Assembly: GCA_003567775.1 (NCBI GenBank)
Contig: PWYR01000073.1
Location: 1-51,638, forward strand
Origin: Ignavibacteriales bacterium
GTDB taxonomy: Bacteria; Bacteroidota; Ignavibacteria; T3Sed10-11
Direction of reading: 5' to 3'
Length of the DNA stretch: 51,638 nucleotides
Positions 1 through 8,724 of this stretch are shown here, one piece after another; the first letter of the stretch is position 1; the number at the start of each line of letters is the position of its first letter. The translations under genes were made by a program, and so were the position numbers. The notes below the pieces were generated by a model that was not told where the DNA came from, did no database searches, and worked only from the letters and a program-made list of their open reading frames with translations.

Positions 1-740
1 ACACTCTCGGTCGTTTTTCTGCTCTGGCAGTAAACTATACCGCTTTCATCTCTTCGTTGATCGAGAAATGTTAAAAGTTGTTGATACGCATCGGATTTAG
101 GAAGAACACGGTAACTAAGATTGGGCCTATTAAAACTTGCGATATAACTTTTTGCATTCCGCAGTTGTAAATGTTTGTGTATATCGGCGCGTACACGTTC
201 GGTTGCGGTAGCGGTCAACGCCATCATCGGAACGTCAGGCATTAGCGTACGCAACTTTACGAGCTGCCGGTACTCGGGACGAAAGTCGTGGCCCCATTCG
301 CTGATGCAATGTGCTTCATCGACCGCTATAAGTTCGATGTTCCAATTTACAACGCCATCCAGGAAATGAGAAAGCAATGCGCGTTCCGGCGCGACATAGA
401 GTAACCGGTATTCGTTTTTACTCAATCCGATTTGTCTCTTCCGGGCTTCTGTCTGCGTCAGCGATGAATTGATATATGTCGCATCGATTCCGCCTGCAAG
501 CAGCGCGTCGACCTGGTCTTTCATCAATGAAATAAGAGGAGAGATTACTACGGTGAGCCCCGGACGCACAAGAGCGGGCAATTGATAACAGAGCGACTTT
601 CCGCCACCCGTCGGAAGCAAGACGAATACATCCTTACCATCAAGCGAGTCGCGAATGATTTCCTCTTGCAGCGGTCGAAACGATGTAAAACCGAAATACC
701 GTTTCAGTAACGGCAGTAATGACAACTGTTTAGTATGCAC
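1..740 (-). CDS. recQ: ATP-dependent DNA helicase RecQ, N-terminal part (runs off the window edge)
   Basis: Manual translation from GTG at 740 gives ...YFGFTSFRPLQEEII...LLPTGGGKSLCYQLPAL...VISPLISLMKDQV...AVDEAHCISEWGHDFRPEY...ALTATA, i.e. RecQ motifs 0, I, Ia, II and III. Missing from the ORF track because there is no stop in the window. Confidence 0.96.
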   Translation of the reverse strand, partial: MHTKQLSLLPLLKRYFGFTSFRPLQEEIIRDSLDGKDVFVLLPTGGGKSLCYQLPALVRPGLTVVISPLISLMKDQVDALLAGGIDATYINSSLTQTEARKRQIGLSKNEYRLLYVAPERALLSHFLDGVVNWNIELIAVDEAHCISEWGHDFRPEYRQLVKLRTLMPDVPMMALTATATERVRADIHKHLQLRNAKSYIASFNRPNLSYRVLPKSDAYQQLLTFLDQRRDESGIVYCQSRKTTES

Positions 741-832
741 GGGAATTTGTTTTGTTGATGAACAGGAACGCTTAAATATAAAATTTTTAGGGAAAAATGC
801 AAATTTTTAATATAGTAACAAATTAACAAAGC

Positions 833-1123
833 TCAATTATTAATTCCACCGCTTACAGCAGGAATTATATATATTTCATCTACATTATTCAACTGCGTGT
901 GTAATCCTCCTGTATATTTAATGTTTTCCTCTCCGGCAAATATATTGATATGTTGCCGCACTTCTCCCTGCTCGGTCATTATCCTGTCTTTCAATCCGGG
1001 ATACCGTTGCCACAATAAACCCAATGCTTCGCCGACGGTACCCGGCTTCACATTTATAACAACATCGGTCTGTCCATCGGTAAATTCTCTTAACGGACCC
1101 GGAATAACAAATGTTATAGACAT
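833..1123 (-). CDS. MoaD/ThiS-family ubiquitin-like (beta-grasp) protein
   Basis: 96 aa. Starts ITFVIPGPLREFT, has TVGEAL, ends IIPAVSGG followed by an INN extension. Confidence 0.9.
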   Translation of the reverse strand: MSITFVIPGPLREFTDGQTDVVINVKPGTVGEALGLLWQRYPGLKDRIMTEQGEVRQHINIFAGEENIKYTGGLHTQLNNVDEIYIIPAVSGGINN

Positions 1124-2335
1124 TTATTTTCCTTTTCGTGTAGAGCGGGCGGGTTTCTTTTTGGTTTGTTTTTTAACGGCTCTCCTTTTTGTCGTTACTT
1201 TCTTTGCTTGTGTTTCACCATTCACTACCGTTGCTTTTATACACGTAACGGGAGGTAAATCATCAATTATCAATTTCCATGAATTACCGTTATTAGCAGA
1301 ACCGTACACCTTACCGCTGCGTGTCCCGAAATAAACTCCTGCTGGATCGAGTGAATCGGCATCCATGCCGTCTCTGAGGATGGTTTCATAAGCCCCTTTC
1401 TGCGGCAACCCGCGTGTTAGGGGTTTCCAGGTTTTTCCGGCATCTTGCGTTCGGTAGACACGGAGTTTTGCGTCCGGCACACAGCGCATCTCATAATCCA
1501 AAGGAATGATGTAAAACGTATCCGGATCATGCGGATGCGAAATGATGGGAAAACCAAAATCGGAAGGAACGCCGTTTGCCATATCCTCCCATGTCTCCGC
1601 CGCATTAAAGCTGCGAAAGAGCCCGCCGTGATTTTGCAGAAATAATCTGTCGGGTTGCGACGGATGCATTGCAACTTTATGCACACACTGTCCGAACTCC
1701 GGATATTTATCGGGAAGGAATTCCGCGCTCACACCATTGTTTTTCGCTTGCCACGATTTTCCGCCGTCATCGGTGCGATACACGCCGCCGGTGGAGATAG
1801 CAACATGCATTTTATTGTTATCAGTTGGATGAGGCAAAATTGTATGCAGACATAATCCACCGGCGCCCGGCTCCCATCGTGCACGGTGCGGATGATCGTG
1901 TAATCCCCGAACCAGCGACCAAGTCTTACCTGCATCCTTCGATTCAAACAAAGCAGCCGGCTCTACTCCACAATACAACACATCGGGTTCATTATCACGG
2001 CCCGGTACGATCTGCCAGATTTGTTTAAGAGATAATCCGGTGTCTTCCGGAAATTTTAAATTTGCCGCTTCAGGTTTAGTCCAGTTCATCCCGAAATCAT
2101 CACTGGAACAGAGTACCGTCCCGTAAAACGGGCTTTGCGGAGCCGCCCATACATGCTGCCGACCCGCCCGACTGTCATATGCCAGTGCATAAACCACCTC
2201 ACCGGGGAAATGCGGTCCGGATACTTTCCATCGTTGTCGTGCTGCAGTTGATGATAATAAAAATATCCCTTTCATCGTCCCGATCATTAAAAGCACATCG
2301 CCGGGTTTAGGGGAGATGTTTCCGGTGGTTTGCAT
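1124..2335 (-). CDS. BNR/Asp-box beta-propeller protein (sialidase-like fold) with Lys/Arg-rich C-terminal tail
   Basis: Repeated SxDxGxxW Asp-boxes (SDDFGMNW, SKDAGKTW, TDDGGKSW, TQDAGKTW, SANNGNSW), plus GQCVHK and QNHGG motifs. No signal peptide. Confidence 0.85.
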   Translation of the reverse strand: MQTTGNISPKPGDVLLMIGTMKGIFLLSSTAARQRWKVSGPHFPGEVVYALAYDSRAGRQHVWAAPQSPFYGTVLCSSDDFGMNWTKPEAANLKFPEDTGLSLKQIWQIVPGRDNEPDVLYCGVEPAALFESKDAGKTWSLVRGLHDHPHRARWEPGAGGLCLHTILPHPTDNNKMHVAISTGGVYRTDDGGKSWQAKNNGVSAEFLPDKYPEFGQCVHKVAMHPSQPDRLFLQNHGGLFRSFNAAETWEDMANGVPSDFGFPIISHPHDPDTFYIIPLDYEMRCVPDAKLRVYRTQDAGKTWKPLTRGLPQKGAYETILRDGMDADSLDPAGVYFGTRSGKVYGSANNGNSWKLIIDDLPPVTCIKATVVNGETQAKKVTTKRRAVKKQTKKKPARSTRKGK

Positions 2336-2442
2336 GGGATGGCTCCTTTATATGTTAGATGTCTGTATGTACCGGTTGTTAGCGATTGGAAGAAATTTGA
2401 GAAATATTTTTGAGAAGTGCAAGAGATAGGCCGAGAAAAAAT

Positions 2443-2479
2443 AAAAAATCCCCGCGGGCGAAACCCGGCAGGGATTTTT
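2443..2479 (-). terminator. Intrinsic terminator downstream of the MFS transporter
   Basis: Minus strand reads AAAAATCCC-TGCCGGG-TTTCG-CCCGCG-GGGATTTTTT: GC-rich stem followed by a U-tract. Confidence 0.7.
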
Positions 2480-2527
2480 AATACTCCATTACTCCATCAT
2501 TCCACTACTCTATCACTCCGTCATCCC
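2480..2527. repeat. Degenerate 8-bp tandem repeat, 6 units, consensus about ATYACTCC
   Basis: AATACTCC ATTACTCC ATCATTCC ACTACTCT ATCACTCC GTCATCCC, lying between the MFS stop codon and the terminator. Confidence 0.7.
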
Positions 2528-2533
2528 ACGTCC

Positions 2534-3907
2534 CTACTCCTCCTTCCGCTCCGGCACATCCAATCCCGTCTTTGTGGTTATCGTTTCGAGTCCATGTCCA
2601 CCGGGACCTGTTTCAGTACGCCAGAGCATGTACGAGAAAAACAACCCGAGGGATGCAAGTGCAGTGAATATCCACATACCGTAAGCATATCCTTCCGGGT
2701 TATCCGGACTTGCCATAGCCCGATCGTTTGTGAAACCGATTAGCCACGGAACAAACGCCATTCCCACTTGCTGGCAAAGCGTCATCAGTGCATATCCTGT
2801 ACCCAATCTTCGCTGTTCTACAATATATGCAACCGAAGGCCACATTATCGCGGGGATAAGTGAAAATGCCATACCGAGCAACAACATAACTACAAGTAAC
2901 GTTAACGGTATATAGGCGCTCCCAAGGAACGGCAGCACCACGTTGATTTCCGGTCCCGGAGGTGCGTACGTAACTATTAAAAACAGCGGCAACAACACAA
3001 GTGAGCCAACCGCCATAAAGAAGGAACGTTTACCTATCTTATCGACGAGTAATCCGAACAAAGGTGTTGCAATCATTGCAGAAATAGGTAACAGGCTGTT
3101 GAGCAATCCGGCTGCATCCCGTTCCAGACCATGAGCTTGCTGGAAATAATAAATTGCAAATGCACGGAAGGGAAACACCGTCGAATAAAACACGACACAC
3201 AGCGCAACAATATACCAATAGGAAGCACTGAATGAATACAGTCCCTTCTTCTCGATCTTCTCGGTTTCGCCGGCTTCACCCAGACTGTATATGCCTTCCG
3301 CCCGGTTTTCCATAAACCAGTATAACATAGCACCCGCTACCGAAATACCCGCAACACCCATCGCCAGCCAGAGCGGATCCTGCCAGTTTTCGTATAACGG
3401 ACGCGCCCAGGATGTCGACCAATCTGCCGAAGCGGAACCAAGTCTCGATATGGTTAAGTTGATACCGAATGCAAAACTTAACTCTTTTCCCTTAAACCAT
3501 TTTGCAAGCGCCGTCGTCACTGCAACAATCAATGGCTCGGCGCCGATACCGAGAATGAATCTGCCGCTTGCCATCACGCCGAATTTCGGCGAAACTGCAG
3601 TGACAAATGCAGCGACCAAACAAATAATTGCAAACAACGTTATCGATTTCTTTGTACCCCACCGATCGATAATATACCCGCCGATAAGCAAGACAAGTAC
3701 GGCGGCAATACTATACACTGAATACAACAAACCAAGCTGTTGATCGGTAAAACCGAGTTGCGAGGAGAGAAGATCGAAAACCGGAGCTGCTGAATCATAC
3801 ACATAATAATTCCCGAACATTGCAAGACTGATGAATACCAGAACAGTCCATCGGTATAATGGCGTCGGTCTCGGAAGTAAAGATTCTGGATTGGTGGTTT
3901 GTGTCAT
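2534..3907 (-). CDS. MFS transporter (MFSD1-like)
   Basis: About 12 hydrophobic segments. Motif A-like GYIIDRWG and GLLVDKIGKR. N-terminal FGNYYVYD resembles the MFSD1 family. Confidence 0.85.
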   Translation of the reverse strand: MTQTTNPESLLPRPTPLYRWTVLVFISLAMFGNYYVYDSAAPVFDLLSSQLGFTDQQLGLLYSVYSIAAVLVLLIGGYIIDRWGTKKSITLFAIICLVAAFVTAVSPKFGVMASGRFILGIGAEPLIVAVTTALAKWFKGKELSFAFGINLTISRLGSASADWSTSWARPLYENWQDPLWLAMGVAGISVAGAMLYWFMENRAEGIYSLGEAGETEKIEKKGLYSFSASYWYIVALCVVFYSTVFPFRAFAIYYFQQAHGLERDAAGLLNSLLPISAMIATPLFGLLVDKIGKRSFFMAVGSLVLLPLFLIVTYAPPGPEINVVLPFLGSAYIPLTLLVVMLLLGMAFSLIPAIMWPSVAYIVEQRRLGTGYALMTLCQQVGMAFVPWLIGFTNDRAMASPDNPEGYAYGMWIFTALASLGLFFSYMLWRTETGPGGHGLETITTKTGLDVPERKEE

Positions 3908-3957
3908 AGATTACCCTTGATTAATTAATGTTTAAAAAAATATCTATATCGGTTTAA

Positions 3958-4866
3958 TCACTTTCCATTTTTCCGGGAGAGTATTGCCTTGAATATCGTC
4001 CCTGCCATCTTCGGATTTTCTTTCAAACGCCGCACCGAATATTGATACCAGAATGTTCCAAACGGAACATAGATTCTCATGCGGTGACCTTCACGAAGAA
4101 TCCGGTCACGCAACTCGGGGCGCACGCCGAGGAGCATTTGAAATTCATACTGATCGGGTTTCATATCATATTTTTCGATAAGCCGGTACGAACCTTCTAT
4201 TAACTCATCATCGTGTGTGGCGATGCCGACATAACTTCCCGCTTCAAAGATAATTTCTATAAGACGAAGGAGACATTTATTAATTTCATCGCGTTTCTTA
4301 AATGCGATCTTTTCAGGTTCAACATAGATACCTTTGCAGACACGAAAGTTTGAAGGTTCTTTTACCAGATCCTGTACATCTTTTTCGGTTCGACGGAGAT
4401 AAGATTGAACTGCTACTCCTACATTTCGAAATTCTTTTCGGAGGGTTTTATATATATTAATCGTTTTATCGGTCGTAGGCGAATCTTCCATATCGATACG
4501 AACAAAATTGTCGAGTGCGTGCGCATGTTCGACAATTTCACGAACATTGGTAAGTGTAAAATCGTAATCAATATCAAGACCGAGTTGCGTAAGTTTGATC
4601 GAAAGGTTTGAGTCGAGTTTTTCTTCTGTAATTTTTGTGAGAACCTCTTTACATTCTCCCATCATATCGGTTGCAAGTTCTTTTTCGGTAACAGACTCAC
4701 CGAGAACGTCCATCGTCGCCATAAAACCTTTTTGATTTAGCTCATGAACAGCTTTTACGGCTTCGGGTAAATGCTCTCCGGCAATATATCGCTTTGAAAA
4801 ATAGCGAACAACCGGCTTTGGTACAAGAGGCAGCGTTTTAACAACAAATTTATCAAGTAGACTCAT
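3958..4866 (-). CDS. Monofunctional proline dehydrogenase
   Basis: RYIAGE, SIKLTQLG, RIDMEDS, RVCKGIY, IATHD, EFQMLLG, RIYVPFG and RRLKE motifs. Confidence 0.93.
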   Translation of the reverse strand: MSLLDKFVVKTLPLVPKPVVRYFSKRYIAGEHLPEAVKAVHELNQKGFMATMDVLGESVTEKELATDMMGECKEVLTKITEEKLDSNLSIKLTQLGLDIDYDFTLTNVREIVEHAHALDNFVRIDMEDSPTTDKTINIYKTLRKEFRNVGVAVQSYLRRTEKDVQDLVKEPSNFRVCKGIYVEPEKIAFKKRDEINKCLLRLIEIIFEAGSYVGIATHDDELIEGSYRLIEKYDMKPDQYEFQMLLGVRPELRDRILREGHRMRIYVPFGTFWYQYSVRRLKENPKMAGTIFKAILSRKNGK

Positions 4867-5015
4867 AGGTGAGACTCATAGACTGGTTATGTAAAAAAAT
4901 GGGATGTACCTACAAATGATTTACGGGTACATCGTACAGGTTATTGAAATATAATGAGGATTATAAAAACTTGCAACATTTTGGCGAATACAAATCTCCT
5001 CTCGAATTGAAAGCA

Positions 5016-5621
5016 TTACCGTTTTATGGCAATATTTCCCGAAGTTACATCCCGCAGGTGACTTCCGACTGTATTGATCAGCGATGGCTGCACACCAAGA
5101 TAAATCGTTACATCCTCGCCATATTCCGTATCGTTTATTTTCAGATCAAATTGGGAGATTACACGCATGACTCCATTCGTATAATCGTATGGAAAAGTGA
5201 TGCGAAGATTATCCAAAATCGGAATGCTGATGACCGATGTCTTACTTAGAACATCCTGCGCCGTTTCAGTATACGCGCGAACAAGTCCGCCCGTACCTAA
5301 TTTTGTGCCGCCAAAAAACCTTATAACAATCAATAAAGTGTTCGTAATGTCGTTATATTCAAGGATAGATAAGATCGGCTTTCCCGCAGTACCGGACGGC
5401 TCACCGTCGTCCGAAAAGCGGCTGATGCTGCCATCGATACCCAGACGAAATGCATAGCAACGATGCGTTGCATCATGGTATTGTTTGCGACAGCGATCAA
5501 TTATTTCCCCGGCACCTGATATCGACTCAACGGGGTACAACTTTCCGATAAACCGGGATCCCTTGACTTTAAGCTCAGTTTCTGCGTATGATGCTATGGT
5601 CTTGTATTCATCAATCTCCAT
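5016..5621 (-). CDS. YigZ/IMPACT family protein
   Basis: VKGSRFIG, ATHRCYAFR, SDDGEPSGTAGKPIL and RFFGGTKLGTGGLVRAY. ATG at 5621 is preferred over the ORF-track start at 5666. Confidence 0.92.
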   Translation of the reverse strand: MEIDEYKTIASYAETELKVKGSRFIGKLYPVESISGAGEIIDRCRKQYHDATHRCYAFRLGIDGSISRFSDDGEPSGTAGKPILSILEYNDITNTLLIVIRFFGGTKLGTGGLVRAYTETAQDVLSKTSVISIPILDNLRITFPYDYTNGVMRVISQFDLKINDTEYGEDVTIYLGVQPSLINTVGSHLRDVTSGNIAIKR

Positions 5622-5686
5622 AGATAATAAGATAGGTTTTCCCCATCCGAAAATCAAAATATACATAAAACCTACACAAATAGTTG

Positions 5687-5715
5687 TTGAGATTCACCCC
5701 TTTTTACACTATCTT
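5687..5715 (+). promoter_or_regulatory. Putative housekeeping promoter of bshA
   Basis: TTGAGA-N17-TATCTT upstream of an AAGGAG RBS. Confidence 0.5.
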
Positions 5716-5743
5716 TTTATACTGGAAAGGAGCATTACATTAT

Positions 5744-6871
5744 ATGAAAATAGGTATAACTTGTTATCCGACGTACGGAGGAAGCGGCATTGTAGCAACG
5801 GAATTGGGTAAAGCCCTTGCCAAACGCGGACATCAGGTGCATTTTATAAGTTATACATTACCGACCAGATTAGACGGATTTATAGAGAATGTTTTTTTTC
5901 ACGAAGTAGAAATGAGCAGCTATCCGCTATTCGATTTTCCACTGTATACCATTGCGCTCACGAGTAAAATGGTCGATGTCGTCAAATATGAAAATCTCGA
6001 TATACTGCACGTACATTACGCCATTCCCCATGCAACGAGTGCGTATCTCGCAAAACAAATATTGGGCAATAAGGGTGTTCCGTTTACAACAACATTGCAT
6101 GGCACCGATATTACACTCGTGGGACTCGAGCCGAGCTATCTGTATGCGGTCAAGTTCAGTATAGAAGAAAGCGATGGGGTGACGGCTGTTTCACGACACC
6201 TAAAAGAAAAGACACTTTCGAATTACGGAATTACAAAAGATATCGAGGTAATTCCTAATTTTGTCGACACCGAAAAATACAAGAAATCCGAGGCATGCAA
6301 ATTTCGGGAACAGATATCGCCGAACAATGAAAAGATACTTGTTCATGTCAGCAACTTCCGGAAAGTGAAACGTGTCCCCGATACCGTCCGCATATTCAAT
6401 GAAGTACGGAAAGAAATCCCCAGCCGGCTTGTTCTTGTCGGCGACGGACCCGATCGATCTAACACCGAGCAATTATGCCGGGAACTCGGTATCTGCAAAG
6501 ATGTTATCTTCCTCGGCAAACAATCGGAGCTGGTTGAGATTTATTCCGCTTCGGATATCTTTTTAATGCCGAGTCAGTCGGAGAGTTTCGGTCTTTCTGC
6601 ACTTGAGGCAATGTCGTGCGGGTTGCCGGTTATTTCATCCAGCGTCGGTGGTTTGCCTGAACTCCAGGTACACGGCGAGACGGGATTCATCGCAGAAATC
6701 GGTGATATCAACCGGATGGCTCGGTACACCGTCGATCTGCTTCGCGATGAGAACCGGTATCGAATTTTCTCAGAAGCCGCGCGCCGCAGGGCTGTAGAAA
6801 ATTTCGAATTGAATACTATCGTTCCCCAGTATGAGCAGCATTATGAACATATACTTACCAAAGCAAAGTAA
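5744..6871 (+). CDS. bshA: N-acetyl-alpha-D-glucosaminyl L-malate synthase (bacillithiol biosynthesis, GT4)
   Basis: [47 protein letters not shown] and [20 protein letters not shown] before ATG 5744. Confidence 0.95.
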   Translation: MKIGITCYPTYGGSGIVATELGKALAKRGHQVHFISYTLPTRLDGFIENVFFHEVEMSSYPLFDFPLYTIALTSKMVDVVKYENLDILHVHYAIPHATSAYLAKQILGNKGVPFTTTLHGTDITLVGLEPSYLYAVKFSIEESDGVTAVSRHLKEKTLSNYGITKDIEVIPNFVDTEKYKKSEACKFREQISPNNEKILVHVSNFRKVKRVPDTVRIFNEVRKEIPSRLVLVGDGPDRSNTEQLCRELGICKDVIFLGKQSELVEIYSASDIFLMPSQSESFGLSALEAMSCGLPVISSSVGGLPELQVHGETGFIAEIGDINRMARYTVDLLRDENRYRIFSEAARRRAVENFELNTIVPQYEQHYEHILTKAK

Positions 6872-6879
6872 ATAAGTCG

Positions 6880-7563
6880 ATGGAATCATTAACAGAATTA
6901 GGAACAATACTTCCCGAATCACTTATTAAAGTTCTCGCCGCGATTATTTGCGGGGGTGTTATCGGATATGAACGTGAAAAGAAAGGCAAACCTGCCGGAT
7001 TGCGAACCAATATCCTCATATGCCTCGGTGCAACATTGTATATGATCATTTCAGAGTACATTGCATTGAAACACGTTACCCAATTCAGCGATCCGGGACG
7101 AATCGCTGCACAGGTCGTGGTCGGGATAGGATTTCTGGGAGCGGGGACAATCATTCAGGCGCGCGGCACGGTTGCAGGACTTACAACTGCCGCTACGATA
7201 TGGGTGGTTGCAGCAATCGGACTCGTTATCGGCGCCGGATTTCCGATCATGGCGCTCATCTTCACCGCCATCGTGCTGTCGATGCTCGCTCCAATCAGAT
7301 ATATCGGAAAATTTCTGCTGGGTAAATGTGAATACATCGACATAGAGATAATGTTCCCGGCAGATGAAAAAATAAAATCGCAGCTATTATCGGTATTGAA
7401 CGACCACGATGTCGATCCACAACAGATCGGATTGAGTGAAAAAGATCAAAAGATGTTTATGAAGTTATCGTATTGTCATAAACATCCGTCGCACTATCGA
7501 TTTCTTCCGGAAATATGGACAATAGAAGGATTGACTGCCGTTCGCAAATCATCTTCCGAATAG
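6880..7563 (+). CDS. MgtC/SapB family membrane protein
   Basis: IGYERE...AGLRT, DPGRIAAQVVVGIGFLGAG and GLTTAATIW. Confidence 0.93.
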   Translation: MESLTELGTILPESLIKVLAAIICGGVIGYEREKKGKPAGLRTNILICLGATLYMIISEYIALKHVTQFSDPGRIAAQVVVGIGFLGAGTIIQARGTVAGLTTAATIWVVAAIGLVIGAGFPIMALIFTAIVLSMLAPIRYIGKFLLGKCEYIDIEIMFPADEKIKSQLLSVLNDHDVDPQQIGLSEKDQKMFMKLSYCHKHPSHYRFLPEIWTIEGLTAVRKSSSE

Positions 7564-7573
7564 ACCTGTTCTC

Positions 7574-8131
7574 TCACCCGCGACGCAGCAACGGTGAAAG
7601 AAGCCATTTATCAAGCACTGCGACAATAAGTAATATCAATACTGTAAAAATTAAAATCGGGAAGGTTTCAACGCCGAACACACGATCATAAGCATCTGCG
7701 ACGGTTCCGCCGATTAAAGTAAGCTGCTCCTGCATGCTTTTATAATACTCCCAGAAAATTCCTGTCGCTTCTGCCGCAGGGATTTGTATCACTTCAAAGT
7801 CGATGATATTAAATTGGTAAAATATAATCCCGACGATTCCAAGCACAAGCGTCAGGGCGACAACATAGGCAAATCGCTGCAGGAAATGAACCAGCATTGA
7901 ATCCGCTCCCCCTGATCGGACCCGTGTCATAATTCTCTCTACCTGTACTTCATCAGCCGGTTCAACTTGTTGCTTTCTCAATGTATTATGGATTAATTCA
8001 ACGCTCTGGAATCGTTGCTTGCACACCGGACATGACTCAACACGTGCAAACGATTCATCATTTCGTCGATCCTCTTCTGAAAGATCGATCAGTTGCTGTA
8101 ATTCTTTTTCCGAAAGATGTTGATGTGTCAC
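7574..8131 (-). CDS. Probable membrane-anchored anti-sigma factor
   Basis: GTGA overlap with the sigma stop codon. N-terminal HLS...CPVC (ZAS-like) followed by two TM helices. Confidence 0.7.
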   Translation of the reverse strand: MTHQHLSEKELQQLIDLSEEDRRNDESFARVESCPVCKQRFQSVELIHNTLRKQQVEPADEVQVERIMTRVRSGGADSMLVHFLQRFAYVVALTLVLGIVGIIFYQFNIIDFEVIQIPAAEATGIFWEYYKSMQEQLTLIGGTVADAYDRVFGVETFPILIFTVLILLIVAVLDKWLLSPLLRRG

Positions 8132-8712
8132 TTTATTATCTCCTCACCGTATCGCTTAACAACTATATCCCGCAGGAGAGCACGTCCGCGGTATAGCCGT
8201 ACTTTAACGCTATTCCGGCTTATTTTCATAATTCGTGCAATTTTCTCAACGGTAAAATCTTCAATATAATATAAATGCATAACTGTCTTATATCGTTCGG
8301 ATAATTCAAGTAAAGCTTCTGCTACCTTTTCGATGATATCTTTATCCTCAAGAATTTTCATATCGGCAGCGCATCCGGCTGAATTCAATAATCTGTCTTC
8401 ATACCGGTCCTCGACTACCGAGATATCGACAAATGTTTTCTTCTTTCGCAACCGGGTATAGCACAAATTGTACAGAATTTTATACAACCACGTCGAGAAC
8501 TTAGCATCTCCCCGAAACGAATCAATGTTTGCATGTACTCTTATAAATGCATCCTGCACCGCTTCCTCTGCTTCTTCCCTGTTGTTCAATATCCCCAACG
8601 CAAGCCGCATACATCGGGGATGATATCGCCGCACCAACGCCTCAAATCCACTAACAATACCATCCTGTGCTTGTTTTACAAGTTCTTCATCGCTAAGCGA
8701 CCGTATATTCAT
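8128..8712 (-). CDS. ECF (sigma-70 group IV) RNA polymerase sigma factor
   Basis: Region 2 AEEAVQDAF and FRGDAKFSTWLYKI; region 4 IARIMKISRNSVKVRLYRGR. Confidence 0.95.
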   Translation of the reverse strand: MNIRSLSDEELVKQAQDGIVSGFEALVRRYHPRCMRLALGILNNREEAEEAVQDAFIRVHANIDSFRGDAKFSTWLYKILYNLCYTRLRKKKTFVDISVVEDRYEDRLLNSAGCAADMKILEDKDIIEKVAEALLELSERYKTVMHLYYIEDFTVEKIARIMKISRNSVKVRLYRGRALLRDIVVKRYGEEIIK

Positions 8713-8724
8713 TTCTATCGATTA

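Noticed and set aside
175-369. 64-aa plus-strand ORF and the many similar short antisense ORFs in the track
   Set aside because: They lie opposite or inside well-supported genes (here recQ) and carry no motifs, so they are shadow ORFs.
2480-2527. Tandem repeat as a possible CRISPR or mini-array
   Set aside because: 8-bp units with no spacers, and no cas genes.
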